Shown here piece by piece: positions 1 to 8,771 of a stretch of 54,252 bases of DNA (position 1 is the first letter of the stretch; every line of letters begins with the position of its first letter). Source of the stretch: a virus. Lineage: Duplodnaviria; Caudoviricetes. The stretch covers positions 1 to 54,252 of IMG/VR virus record IMGVR_UViG_3300017788_000032; one strand, 5' to 3'. The position numbers were made by a program, and so were the translations under genes. The notes beneath the pieces were generated by a model. That model saw only the letters and a program-made list of their open reading frames with translations. It did no database searches and was not told where the DNA came from.

Positions 1-335
1 GGCGTCTCTGTTGGTGTTTCTGTAGGCGTAGGCGTCTCTGTTGGCGTGGGCGTTTCTGTAGGCGTCTCTGTTGGTGTTTCTGTAGGCGTAGGCGTCTCAG
101 TAGTTGTTTCAGTAGGTGTGAGCGATGGTGACAGCGATACAGACGGAGTAGGGGTTTGCGTGCTTGTCGTAGTGGGTGTTTGTGTAGGAGTTCTTGTTAC
201 TGTCGGTGTAGGAGTTCTAGTTGGAGTTCTTGATGGGGTTACTGTAGTTGTAGGTGTAATAGAGGGAGTAATAACGGGTGTTCTCGTCATCGACGGTGTA
301 ACGGTCATAGTAGGTGTATTTGTAGGCGTAGGGTA
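1..335 (-). repeat. Coding Thr-Pro/TPTE low-complexity repeat with a 60-bp duplication
   Basis: Bases 1-38 recur identically at 61-98; the translation is [10 protein letters not shown]-like. Confidence 0.85.
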
Positions 336-1028
336 TGCACTGGTTAGCAAGAAGTTTGCAACATAACTAGAATTATCACTGTCAAGTTCAAGAATTTCTA
401 AGCTTTTAATTTTTTCTTCTTCAGAAACAGACAATTGTGAACTATTTACTAGATGAAAATTTTCAAAATTAAATACTGAATCGGGTAAAATTGTGAGTTT
501 TAAATTAAACACGTTTAATGCAAGATTACCATTTACTACAGTAACTGAAGGATAAAAAGTAGTTATGTTTTGTGATTCTGGGTAATACGTGTATGATACC
601 GGTGTATCGATAGGGAGACCAGAATCTAGAAACGCTACATTATTAGGTAATATATTGGCAACTAATCCTTTTTCAATATTAACAATTTCATTATTATCAT
701 CAAAATCATATACTATTTTTAATGTAGAATAATAAGTGTTATCAATACCGGACGGTATTACAGTAAGAGTAGTAGCTCCTTTAAAGCTGCCTAAATCTGC
801 ACTAAGAGCGGTATTAGAAATAGGGTAGCCCCAAGGGAATATTAATCCCCCGTTTGCAGTAAATGGATAAACAAATGTGCCTGTAGTTTCTGAGAACAAA
901 CTACCGGTAGCTGTTGTGGGATATAAAATGGAAGTATCATATACCGGATCAACAAATAAATAATGGTTTATTATTGACGGTTGTCCAGCTTCTTGTACGC
1001 TGGACAAAACGTAAGACACAGAATTCAC
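1..1028 (-). CDS. Thr/Pro-repeat (mucin-like) putative virion protein, truncated by the window edge
   Basis: Not in the ORF track because it has no stop in the window. Open frame from GTG at 1028 ([18 protein letters not shown]...) runs into [14 protein letters not shown]...[11 protein letters not shown] up to base 1. TAAATA lies 5 nt upstream of the GTG. Confidence 0.8.
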   Translation of the reverse strand, partial: MNSVSYVLSSVQEAGQPSIINHYLFVDPVYDTSILYPTTATGSLFSETTGTFVYPFTANGGLIFPWGYPISNTALSADLGSFKGATTLTVIPSGIDNTYYSTLKIVYDFDDNNEIVNIEKGLVANILPNNVAFLDSGLPIDTPVSYTYYPESQNITTFYPSVTVVNGNLALNVFNLKLTILPDSVFNFENFHLVNSSQLSVSEEEKIKSLEILELDSDNSSYVANFLLTSAYPTPTNTPTMTVTPSMTRTPVITPSITPTTTVTPSRTPTRTPTPTVTRTPTQTPTTTSTQTPTPSVSLSPSLTPTETTTETPTPTETPTETPTETPTPTETPTPTETPTET

Positions 1029-1068
1029 ATTATTATTTACTAAAAATACACTGAAATATACTTATAAA

Positions 1069-2727
1069 CTAATTCTCTTTTCTTAAATTACCTTTATAAA
1101 AATCAAATCTATTATGTTCTATAGGAGAAAGTAATAAAACAGACCCTTTTAACTGATCTTTTTTAGTCAACTGATACATATAGGACATCCAAGTTTGTTC
1201 AAAGGGAGCTGCCCATTTCGTAGTTAAAAACATCTTTTTATTACCTTTTTTAGATACTATTTGAGGCCAATTGCAGTAATATATCTCACCATCTATATAG
1301 CTAAGTCCTTCTAATGTTTTAATATTTTTAAATTGTGTAAGAGGCGCATTGGGATCCAATCCCATTTTAGGCAGTTTTCTATTATTTGGCCAAAACTGCT
1401 CTCTTACATTTTGCGGTACATTATACCACGACCATTGAGTAGAATTATCGCCAAAAAACTCAGAATAAGAGAATTTAAGAAAATCGAACTCTTCTTTATC
1501 CATTATTTTAACTAGCTTATAAAAAAGATTATCTGTATAGCGGGCAAAGCCATTCTTACAAGGGGGATCCGTTTTTTCACACAAATTCATATCATCCTCT
1601 AAAAACATATAATACTTAGAATTTGTCTCATCAAAATGTTCCGCAATAAATTGTCTACCCCCGCAAATACCTATATTATTTTTCTTTATGCGTTCAAAAT
1701 TATATTTTTCGCAAAGACGAATATACTCAGACTCTGTTTCAAGATCAGTACTATTATCGAGTAAGAAGTTTTTAGTTTCTCTTAAAAATCCCTTTTGCTT
1801 CTCATATGTAGATAGTAACGCCTCAAACTGTTTAGGTGAGTTAAAGGTTATGACATATAAGCTTACACCGGAAAGCTCTTGCTCAACTTTAATATATTCA
1901 TTAATATTAAGATTTTTTAAATCTTCGAAAAATTTAGATAAAAGCCCGTTACCCTCAATTGAAAAGCGTGTAAACAGGTTAGGATGTGTATACGTCATTA
2001 ATGTAAAAATGCTTTCTTCTGTACCCATATACCCATCATTAAGCGTACTATTTAAAAGTGAGTAGTATATCTGATTGATATCGGATATCATTTCTTTAGG
2101 ACCACCGAAAAAGCCAGCTCTACAAACATACTCAACGTTTTTTACGTTGGCAATTTCATTCATCTTACCTCTTGTAAATCCGTGTATCTCACCTCCATCG
2201 GGATAAGGAAAACTCACAAATAAAAACTTTTCTAAAAACAGGGGAAGTTTATCTAAAACTTTATCGTGGGTAAAGTATCCCCAATGTACTGTATTGGTGA
2301 TGCCTGCATCAAGCCAAAAAAGATAATCTGAATTAAACTTATCTAAAATTTTTGCATCATGAAGTAAGAAAACTTTTGACATAACTAGCGGATTATACAT
2401 CTCAAGCTTAGCTTGAGTTGATTCCGCTAACCACCCTGCTTGTCCGTACCATTCAGGGTTGGTTCTAATTTCCTGAATTTTATTATAAAATGGCATACTT
2501 TTAATCCAGTCTAAATCTCGCCTTATAAATTGTGTATTGTCATCACTTCTTCTTTCTTTTACAAAATTTTCAAGCTTCTCATCGCCGAAAATAATAAGAT
2601 TAAAGTCTGCTTTAAATAATTCTGATAGTTTATCTAGGTAGTGATTATAACCGCGAGACCAGCCTTCAGCGAGTTTATCTCTACCTATATCCCAAAGCCC
2701 AGTTACTATTGTATATGTTTTGTTCAT
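1069..2727 (-). CDS. HtrL/YibB(WlaTC)-like domain fused to a GT-A-like glycosyltransferase domain
   Basis: N-half TIVTGLWDIGR...SKVFLLHDA...YLFWLDAG matches the HtrL/YibB pattern. C-half has SLYVITFN...GICGGRQ...YYMFLEDD, a GT2-like acidic motif. Confidence 0.7.
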   Translation of the reverse strand: MNKTYTIVTGLWDIGRDKLAEGWSRGYNHYLDKLSELFKADFNLIIFGDEKLENFVKERRSDDNTQFIRRDLDWIKSMPFYNKIQEIRTNPEWYGQAGWLAESTQAKLEMYNPLVMSKVFLLHDAKILDKFNSDYLFWLDAGITNTVHWGYFTHDKVLDKLPLFLEKFLFVSFPYPDGGEIHGFTRGKMNEIANVKNVEYVCRAGFFGGPKEMISDINQIYYSLLNSTLNDGYMGTEESIFTLMTYTHPNLFTRFSIEGNGLLSKFFEDLKNLNINEYIKVEQELSGVSLYVITFNSPKQFEALLSTYEKQKGFLRETKNFLLDNSTDLETESEYIRLCEKYNFERIKKNNIGICGGRQFIAEHFDETNSKYYMFLEDDMNLCEKTDPPCKNGFARYTDNLFYKLVKIMDKEEFDFLKFSYSEFFGDNSTQWSWYNVPQNVREQFWPNNRKLPKMGLDPNAPLTQFKNIKTLEGLSYIDGEIYYCNWPQIVSKKGNKKMFLTTKWAAPFEQTWMSYMYQLTKKDQLKGSVLLLSPIEHNRFDFYKGNLRKEN

Positions 2728-4316
2728 TTATTATCAGAGTTATAAACTATATATTTGTCAGTATAAACAAAATCTAGACCACAATCTAACATTTTAAGCG
2801 CATCTTTATATGAATTTATAAGGGGTTTACCGTTTACATTAAAAGATGTATTAAGGAGAACGCCTATGCCTGAGTGTTTTTCAAATTCGGTAATTAAATC
2901 ATAAACCTTTTCATTCTGTTCACGTGTAACTGTTTGCAATCTAGCAGTACCATCAACATGAGTAATAGCAGATAGTTTTTCTTTCCATTCATCTTTAACT
3001 TTTGCATAAAAGCTCATAAATCTGCTCTCACCTTTCCAATAAAAATACTTTTCTACATCTTCTAACCGTACAATAGGCGCAAAAGGTCTAAACCATTCAC
3101 GCTTTTTTACCTTTTCATTTAAAATGTCCTTCATTCCCGGTATAGAAGGATTGCACATTATACTTCTATTACCTAATGCACGAGGCCCGTGTTCTGAATT
3201 ACCCCAAATAGTTCCTATAATTCTTCCTTCCGCTAAAAGCTTTGCAGCTTTTTCTAATGTATAAGGGTCAGTCCATTTACTTTCTATAAGCTCAAAAAAT
3301 GCATTGGGATCTATTGGAGGAAGCCCACCGTATGTCACATCAACTTGCTCTAAAGGTTTTTCAAAATCTAGAAGCATGCCTAGAGCTAGCCCACAATCAT
3401 TTGAATTTGGAGCTACAAAAACATCTCTGCCTGTTTTTTCTTTTAATTTAGTATTAAGAACAACATTTAAAGCGCATCCCCCTGTAATACAAATAGGTAA
3501 ATTTTTAAAATGATCTAGATAGGGCTCGATAATCTCAAAAAATACTTCTTCGAAAGCTTGCTGCGACGTTGTAGATAAATCTAATGATATATCACCTTCG
3601 AAGCGGTTACTGCTATCAAAGGTAATGCCAAGCTTTGTTCCTAAATCTTTTAAATAGCCTTCTATAATATTACCGTCGGGTTTTTTATAGTAAAACTCTT
3701 TAATATGAGGTAACCACTCATTTCTCACTTTACCATAGCCACAAAGACCCATTAATTTACCGGAATACACTAAATTACCTATGTTAATATCTGATTCAAA
3801 ATTAATATGACTACAATAGTGTCCAAAAATCATATATGCATAGCCCATATCAATATTATGACGAGCTATTTCTATGACACCGCCCTCTCGTGTAGCTGTG
3901 TATATATTAAAAAACCCGTCACTGCCACCGCCGTCAAAGCTTATTATTAATGCTTCAGTAAAGGGAGACTGGTAAAACGTACCTGCAGCATGTGCACGGT
4001 GGTGAAGGCAGGGTATATGGTTTTTCGCATTAATATATCTTTCAAAATAAAATTTTTCTAAACCGTTATCTGTACCGTAAACAACATCAGTGTTAGAAAA
4101 AATACAATTATCATAATCGTTATCTAAATTAAACTCTGTTTTTAAATAAGACATAATACCATCAAAAACTGTCTTAGCATTTCTACAAAGCCTATACTGT
4201 ACCATACCAAGGTTCTTTTTATTAGCAAATCTTTCTACTTCTAAAACACGATACCTACCATCATGCTTAAACGCAAAGCCACCGTTATGTGACCCGTAAA
4301 AAGCTATATTTTTCAT
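2724..4316 (-). CDS. O-carbamoyltransferase, NodU/CmcH/TobZ family
   Basis: HHRAHAA, DGGG, GKLMGL, GGCALN, EHGPRALGNRS, KKREWFRPFAP, HVDGTARLQTV and LNTSFN motifs. Confidence 0.93.
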   Translation of the reverse strand: MKNIAFYGSHNGGFAFKHDGRYRVLEVERFANKKNLGMVQYRLCRNAKTVFDGIMSYLKTEFNLDNDYDNCIFSNTDVVYGTDNGLEKFYFERYINAKNHIPCLHHRAHAAGTFYQSPFTEALIISFDGGGSDGFFNIYTATREGGVIEIARHNIDMGYAYMIFGHYCSHINFESDINIGNLVYSGKLMGLCGYGKVRNEWLPHIKEFYYKKPDGNIIEGYLKDLGTKLGITFDSSNRFEGDISLDLSTTSQQAFEEVFFEIIEPYLDHFKNLPICITGGCALNVVLNTKLKEKTGRDVFVAPNSNDCGLALGMLLDFEKPLEQVDVTYGGLPPIDPNAFFELIESKWTDPYTLEKAAKLLAEGRIIGTIWGNSEHGPRALGNRSIMCNPSIPGMKDILNEKVKKREWFRPFAPIVRLEDVEKYFYWKGESRFMSFYAKVKDEWKEKLSAITHVDGTARLQTVTREQNEKVYDLITEFEKHSGIGVLLNTSFNVNGKPLINSYKDALKMLDCGLDFVYTDKYIVYNSDNK

Positions 4317-4861
4317 TTCTTAATATATGCTACTTGATAATAAACTTTATCGCCAACATCAATTTTTACGCTTATATCCTTATTATCAAGATTTAATATT
4401 TTAAGTTCAGGATAAAGCTTTTCCATAGACTCGAAATTTAATGTAGGTTGTAAGTGACGTTCATAAACATTACCAAAAACAACATCTTGCGGTAAATTTA
4501 ATGGCACTACAGCAAGAAACTCTTTTACTCTATTGAGATATTTGTCAATAACAGTTCTTGCATCAGTCTCAGAGAGGTGCTCTAGCGTATCACCCATAAT
4601 TATAATATCGTAATCAAATTCAGAAAACTCAAAATCAATAATGTTACCTAAAAATAAATTATTATATTTTTGTTTCAACCCATACTTCTCTATATAAGGT
4701 TCAAAAATTTCTATGCCATCAATATCGCTAAAATAATTCTTTAATAAATCACAATATGTTCCTTCACCGGCACCTACATCTAAAATCTTTGACGAGGCAG
4801 GAAACGTATTTGTAAGATACTTAACAATATCTGTTCTTAAGTAAGGCCAACTACCAGGCAT
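4313..4861 (-). CDS. Class I SAM-dependent methyltransferase
   Basis: ILDVGAGEG motif I, DGIEIF, YDIIIMGDTLEHL. Confidence 0.88.
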   Translation of the reverse strand: MPGSWPYLRTDIVKYLTNTFPASSKILDVGAGEGTYCDLLKNYFSDIDGIEIFEPYIEKYGLKQKYNNLFLGNIIDFEFSEFDYDIIIMGDTLEHLSETDARTVIDKYLNRVKEFLAVVPLNLPQDVVFGNVYERHLQPTLNFESMEKLYPELKILNLDNKDISVKIDVGDKVYYQVAYIKK

Positions 4862-4871
4862 ATATTATATA

Positions 4872-5717
4872 CTACGAGACAAGAAATCTTCCATATGTGG
4901 GGTGTAATGAAGTAATATTAAATTCATTTAAGATATTTTTAATAAATGTTGCACCTCTAACATTAAGATAGATATTAAATAGACCATGCCTAACTCCTTC
5001 GACATATTGTACTATAAAAAAAGTATTAATATCTTTTTCATCTAATTCATCATAAGCTTTAAAATTTGAACATAATTTCTTATACCCGTAAATATTGTCG
5101 TTTTGCCATAATGTATATTTTTCTGTGCTAGGTATAATTTCTCTTCTTAACATCTTATTATCATAAAGTACTGAATTGTCAAAATCATGTAAGGTAATGC
5201 CTTTATTGTGTTCTAGTACTTTAAGAAGCGTTTCTTTTCTCCAAATACAGGGCTGAACAGAGCACATATATTGAAAATTATCTGGTATACAAAAAAGCTC
5301 GTCATTAAAAATTGATTGCTGATAAAGCTGCCAATTTTTTGATTTAGGATGACATGATGAAAAGCTAAAAAAATCTATATTATCACTATTCATAAGGTTA
5401 AGCAAATTCTCTAGATTTTTATAATCTATATCTCTAGATAAAAAATAATCATCACAAAAAAAGAAAATATATTTTTCGTCTATTTTAGATAAAGCATTTA
5501 TTAATGAGTAGGTAAAGTGACCGCCATTGCCTTGAAAATGCACATTTGTATCTATCACTGTAACAGTATCGTTTTTTTCAATCCTTACACCGTCGTTATT
5601 CGTAATAACAGTAAGGGGTATTTTATTTTGTGTATGCTTATAAAAAAGCTTTATAAAAAGATTTGCAATAGGAATGTATAGTTGATTGGTATAGCAAACG
5701 TATCTTAAGCTATTCAT
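4872..5717 (-). CDS. Putative glycosyltransferase (GT-A-like)
   Basis: YIFFFCDDYFL acidic motif, QPCIWRKETL, and position in the GT cluster. Confidence 0.6.
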   Translation of the reverse strand: MNSLRYVCYTNQLYIPIANLFIKLFYKHTQNKIPLTVITNNDGVRIEKNDTVTVIDTNVHFQGNGGHFTYSLINALSKIDEKYIFFFCDDYFLSRDIDYKNLENLLNLMNSDNIDFFSFSSCHPKSKNWQLYQQSIFNDELFCIPDNFQYMCSVQPCIWRKETLLKVLEHNKGITLHDFDNSVLYDNKMLRREIIPSTEKYTLWQNDNIYGYKKLCSNFKAYDELDEKDINTFFIVQYVEGVRHGLFNIYLNVRGATFIKNILNEFNITSLHPTYGRFLVS

Positions 5718-6508
5718 TGATGCTCGGTAGGATGACCTATTTTATATCCGTTGGGGGTAACTATATCACTTAATACGGTACCGCAAAACTGTATGTCAAA
5801 AGCTTTGAATCCGGCAACATGCGCTGCAACACCTATTTCAAACCCTTCCGCCCAAGTACCCCAAGTATATTCTTTATTAGCTAAAAAGTCATGTAATTTT
5901 TTCCACTCTTCATAAAACTTTAAAATTTGATTATTTTTGTTTTCAAAAACAAAAAAGTATTCTGCAGGGAGACCTGCTCCATTCCATTCATTATGCGAAC
6001 CAGGCTGTAACTCAAACGCTTTTATTTTATGCCAAAATATATTTGGTTGAGGGTTTGTGGCTAGTTTATCGAAATATTCAGCTTTTACTGGGCCTAGCTT
6101 TAAATCGGCCCGAGGAGCAAAGAAATTAAAACCTTTAGACGTTTTATCTAGAAGATATGTTTCAATTACCTCGGTATTCCAATTTCTTATTGAATTGTCA
6201 CAATCAGTAAAGTAAATATAATCAGCCTGTACGTGCTCAAACGGCTTTAAGCAAATATATCTCATATTAAAATTAAAATCAGATGCTCCTTTACCGGGGC
6301 CAATAAAAAGTCTTATCTTAAAATCGTTTCTATCAATTTTTTGAATTATTATTCTATCGGTTTTAAATTTTTCCTCAATAACCTCAGGCAAATCTGTTGC
6401 AACAACTATTGACGCAGGTGTTTTATTAAGAACATCATCTGCAAACCTTAAAAAATAATCTGTTGTATAGTTTTTACCGAGGCTTAGTGTTGCAAAGCAA
6501 TGTTTCAT
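5714..6508 (-). CDS. Putative glycosyltransferase (DxD motif)
   Basis: FATLSLGKNY...VVATD...YIYFTDCD, GT-A-like layout; 4-nt overlaps with both neighbours. Confidence 0.5.
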   Translation of the reverse strand: MKHCFATLSLGKNYTTDYFLRFADDVLNKTPASIVVATDLPEVIEEKFKTDRIIIQKIDRNDFKIRLFIGPGKGASDFNFNMRYICLKPFEHVQADYIYFTDCDNSIRNWNTEVIETYLLDKTSKGFNFFAPRADLKLGPVKAEYFDKLATNPQPNIFWHKIKAFELQPGSHNEWNGAGLPAEYFFVFENKNNQILKFYEEWKKLHDFLANKEYTWGTWAEGFEIGVAAHVAGFKAFDIQFCGTVLSDIVTPNGYKIGHPTEHQ

Positions 6509-7458
6509 TGTATAAGCTTATTTATATCGAATACTTTATCAAATATACATGTTTGCGAATCTAAAGTACAGTTCTCTAGATACCATTTACGAGCATTTTG
6601 CCCTATATGCTCATATTTAGAGTAGTTGTTAACTATGTCATTATATTTTTCGACTATTGAATCTCTTAGTTCTTCATGATTAACCCTGGAAAGCCCGTCT
6701 GCAAATTTTGCATTTGGACATACGTCTACGTAATGTACGCCGGGGACCAAGGGATTATGAAAAATACAATTTAATTTTGGTCTAATTACAATTTTGCCCA
6801 GACCAAAGAGCTCAATATCGCGGTTACATATTTCTCCGGCCCCGTTTAAGCTCAAAGAACATATCTCGTTATGCATTTCTTTTACGTAATCATTAAAAGT
6901 TAGTCTTGAATTAGTAAATGATATGTTTTCGTGTTTTAAATTATTAGCTAACCACTCTCTTTCTTGATATAAAAACCCTCTAAAACAAATATTTTTACTT
7001 TTTTGTGATGGTATTTTTAAAGTTGTTTCAATATCTTTTACAAAAGATGTATTATATACATCGTATGTATACGGAATATGAACGCTATTTATATTTTCAG
7101 GGTATTCCCACTCTTCGCTTTGAAATGTATTTTTAAATTCATTATAAAAGTCATAATTAAATCCGCTAGAACATATAAACTGTTGCATATTTTTAGGCTG
7201 CCATTCAAAAAGCTTATTAAATACCCAAATATTTCTATCGTTAAGTGATACTATAGTGTATTTTTCTGTATCATTACAGAATATAGTAAAAATATGAGCG
7301 GAATATCTGCTGTAAATATTACCGTTTTTATTATCTTGAGGTATAAACGTGTGTTCGGGATATTTAGCTTTAAGATGGTCGAACAATCTTTGAAAAAGAT
7401 GCTGCCTATACCAAGTTGTATACTGGGCACCTTGCCAGAAGTACACATTAAAAGTCAT
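6505..7458 (-). CDS. Putative GT-B-type glycosyltransferase (exostosin/Glyco_trans_1_2-like C-terminus)
   Basis: ICFRG...YVKEM...SLSLNGAGEICNRDIELFGLG...PGVHYV...IGQNARKWY. Confidence 0.6.
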   Translation of the reverse strand: MTFNVYFWQGAQYTTWYRQHLFQRLFDHLKAKYPEHTFIPQDNKNGNIYSRYSAHIFTIFCNDTEKYTIVSLNDRNIWVFNKLFEWQPKNMQQFICSSGFNYDFYNEFKNTFQSEEWEYPENINSVHIPYTYDVYNTSFVKDIETTLKIPSQKSKNICFRGFLYQEREWLANNLKHENISFTNSRLTFNDYVKEMHNEICSLSLNGAGEICNRDIELFGLGKIVIRPKLNCIFHNPLVPGVHYVDVCPNAKFADGLSRVNHEELRDSIVEKYNDIVNNYSKYEHIGQNARKWYLENCTLDSQTCIFDKVFDINKLIQ

Positions 7459-7462
7459 TAGA

Positions 7463-8731
7463 CTAACTTACTTTATTGCCAATGATACCTGTAATGGGAT
7501 CAGCCCATCCTTTAGATACGCTATGAGGCCAAACAATCCAGCTATGCGGCATTTGCTCACAATTAAATTCACGCCATACTTTACAATATTTGTCCGGATC
7601 ATTAAACATCCTTTCAATTTCAGCTTTATCAGCATCTTTTCTAAACACATCCTTACCTTCTTTATCTTTGAAGGCTACACACCAAAAATCATAATCCTTT
7701 TCAGGGACTTGATCATATCTTACATCAATACAATGCTTAAAGATATTTAAAAACGATTTATCATACTCTTCTTGTGTCATACTATCATTTGGATTAGGTG
7801 GGAGCTTGTTATCTAACGTCCATCTTTGAACTGCGCGCTTTTTAAAGCATAGACCTGCATACTTTTCGTAGTCTTGTACAGATCTTATTTTGCCAAAATC
7901 ATATTTACCAAAATCAATGTCTTTCTTTTCACCATCCATTTCAAATAGCTTACGGTTACGAGAATGTGAGTCCTTATTAAACTGACCCCACGCAGGTACA
8001 TCATCCCAATGCTTAGATCTACCTTTCCTGGTATATTCGTGCCAAGCCACTATAATGTGGGGGTGAAATAAATCGTATCCCCAGGTATAAGAGCGCACTG
8101 CGAGGTTAATTTCTTCGCCATGAAAATAATAATAAGGATCATAAGGCACTTCTTTAACCCACTTACCTAAAGTAAAGATAAAGTGTGCAGAAACAAATCT
8201 AGCAGGAAGAGGTTCTGTACGAGATTTAAAATCATCTATAGAAGCGGGAAGAAAAAATACTGCACCTTCAGGAATAAATCTATCAAAATTCATCTTCCAG
8301 GGCACCTGCACGCGTGCACCGGGGTCATTATCTGGATCAAAGCTAGATATATAACCAGTTAAAAGAGGCTTTTTATGTCCCTTTTTCTGTAGCTGTTTAA
8401 CCATGTTAATACATTTTTCATCCCAATGCTCTACGAAACGATGGTGACTATCTAACTGCAAATAATATTTTTCATTTGTATAGTTGTCTTGGATTCTGCT
8501 ACGTGCCCAGCATGTCCCTTTGCTTTCTTTATATGGAATGGGTATAATCTTAAATCTTTTATCCTGAGAAAACTCTTCTAATGAATCATTTTCATCTTTT
8601 TGCCAGCAAATACTAAAGACAAGGTTCTCCGGGTGCTTTGCTTTCGCAATACAGTCTCTTAATGTTAGAAGAAGTTGTGGATCACGGTACGAGGCAATAG
8701 ATATAAAGATCTTATTATTAGCGCTTTTCAC
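7463..8731 (-). CDS. GT60-like polypeptide/hydroxyproline N-acetylglucosaminyltransferase
   Basis: IFISIASYRD, GTCWAR, YYLQLDSHHRF (DSH motif), FHGEE and LAVRSYTWGYD follow the Gnt1/GT60 pattern. GTG start. Confidence 0.82.
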   Translation of the reverse strand: MKSANNKIFISIASYRDPQLLLTLRDCIAKAKHPENLVFSICWQKDENDSLEEFSQDKRFKIIPIPYKESKGTCWARSRIQDNYTNEKYYLQLDSHHRFVEHWDEKCINMVKQLQKKGHKKPLLTGYISSFDPDNDPGARVQVPWKMNFDRFIPEGAVFFLPASIDDFKSRTEPLPARFVSAHFIFTLGKWVKEVPYDPYYYFHGEEINLAVRSYTWGYDLFHPHIIVAWHEYTRKGRSKHWDDVPAWGQFNKDSHSRNRKLFEMDGEKKDIDFGKYDFGKIRSVQDYEKYAGLCFKKRAVQRWTLDNKLPPNPNDSMTQEEYDKSFLNIFKHCIDVRYDQVPEKDYDFWCVAFKDKEGKDVFRKDADKAEIERMFNDPDKYCKVWREFNCEQMPHSWIVWPHSVSKGWADPITGIIGNKVS

Positions 8732-8737
8732 TAGAAT

Positions 8738-8765
8738 ATATTAATATATGCTAGACTTAAATCAA
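8738..8765 (-). promoter_or_regulatory. sigma70-like promoter at the head of the glycan cluster
   Basis: TTGATT-16 nt-TAATAT, then 6 nt to GTG at 8731. Confidence 0.65.
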
Positions 8766-8771
8766 GATGAA

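Noticed and set aside
46-366. Plus-strand Val/Gly-rich ORF
   Set aside because: Antisense shadow of the minus-strand Thr-Pro repeat gene.
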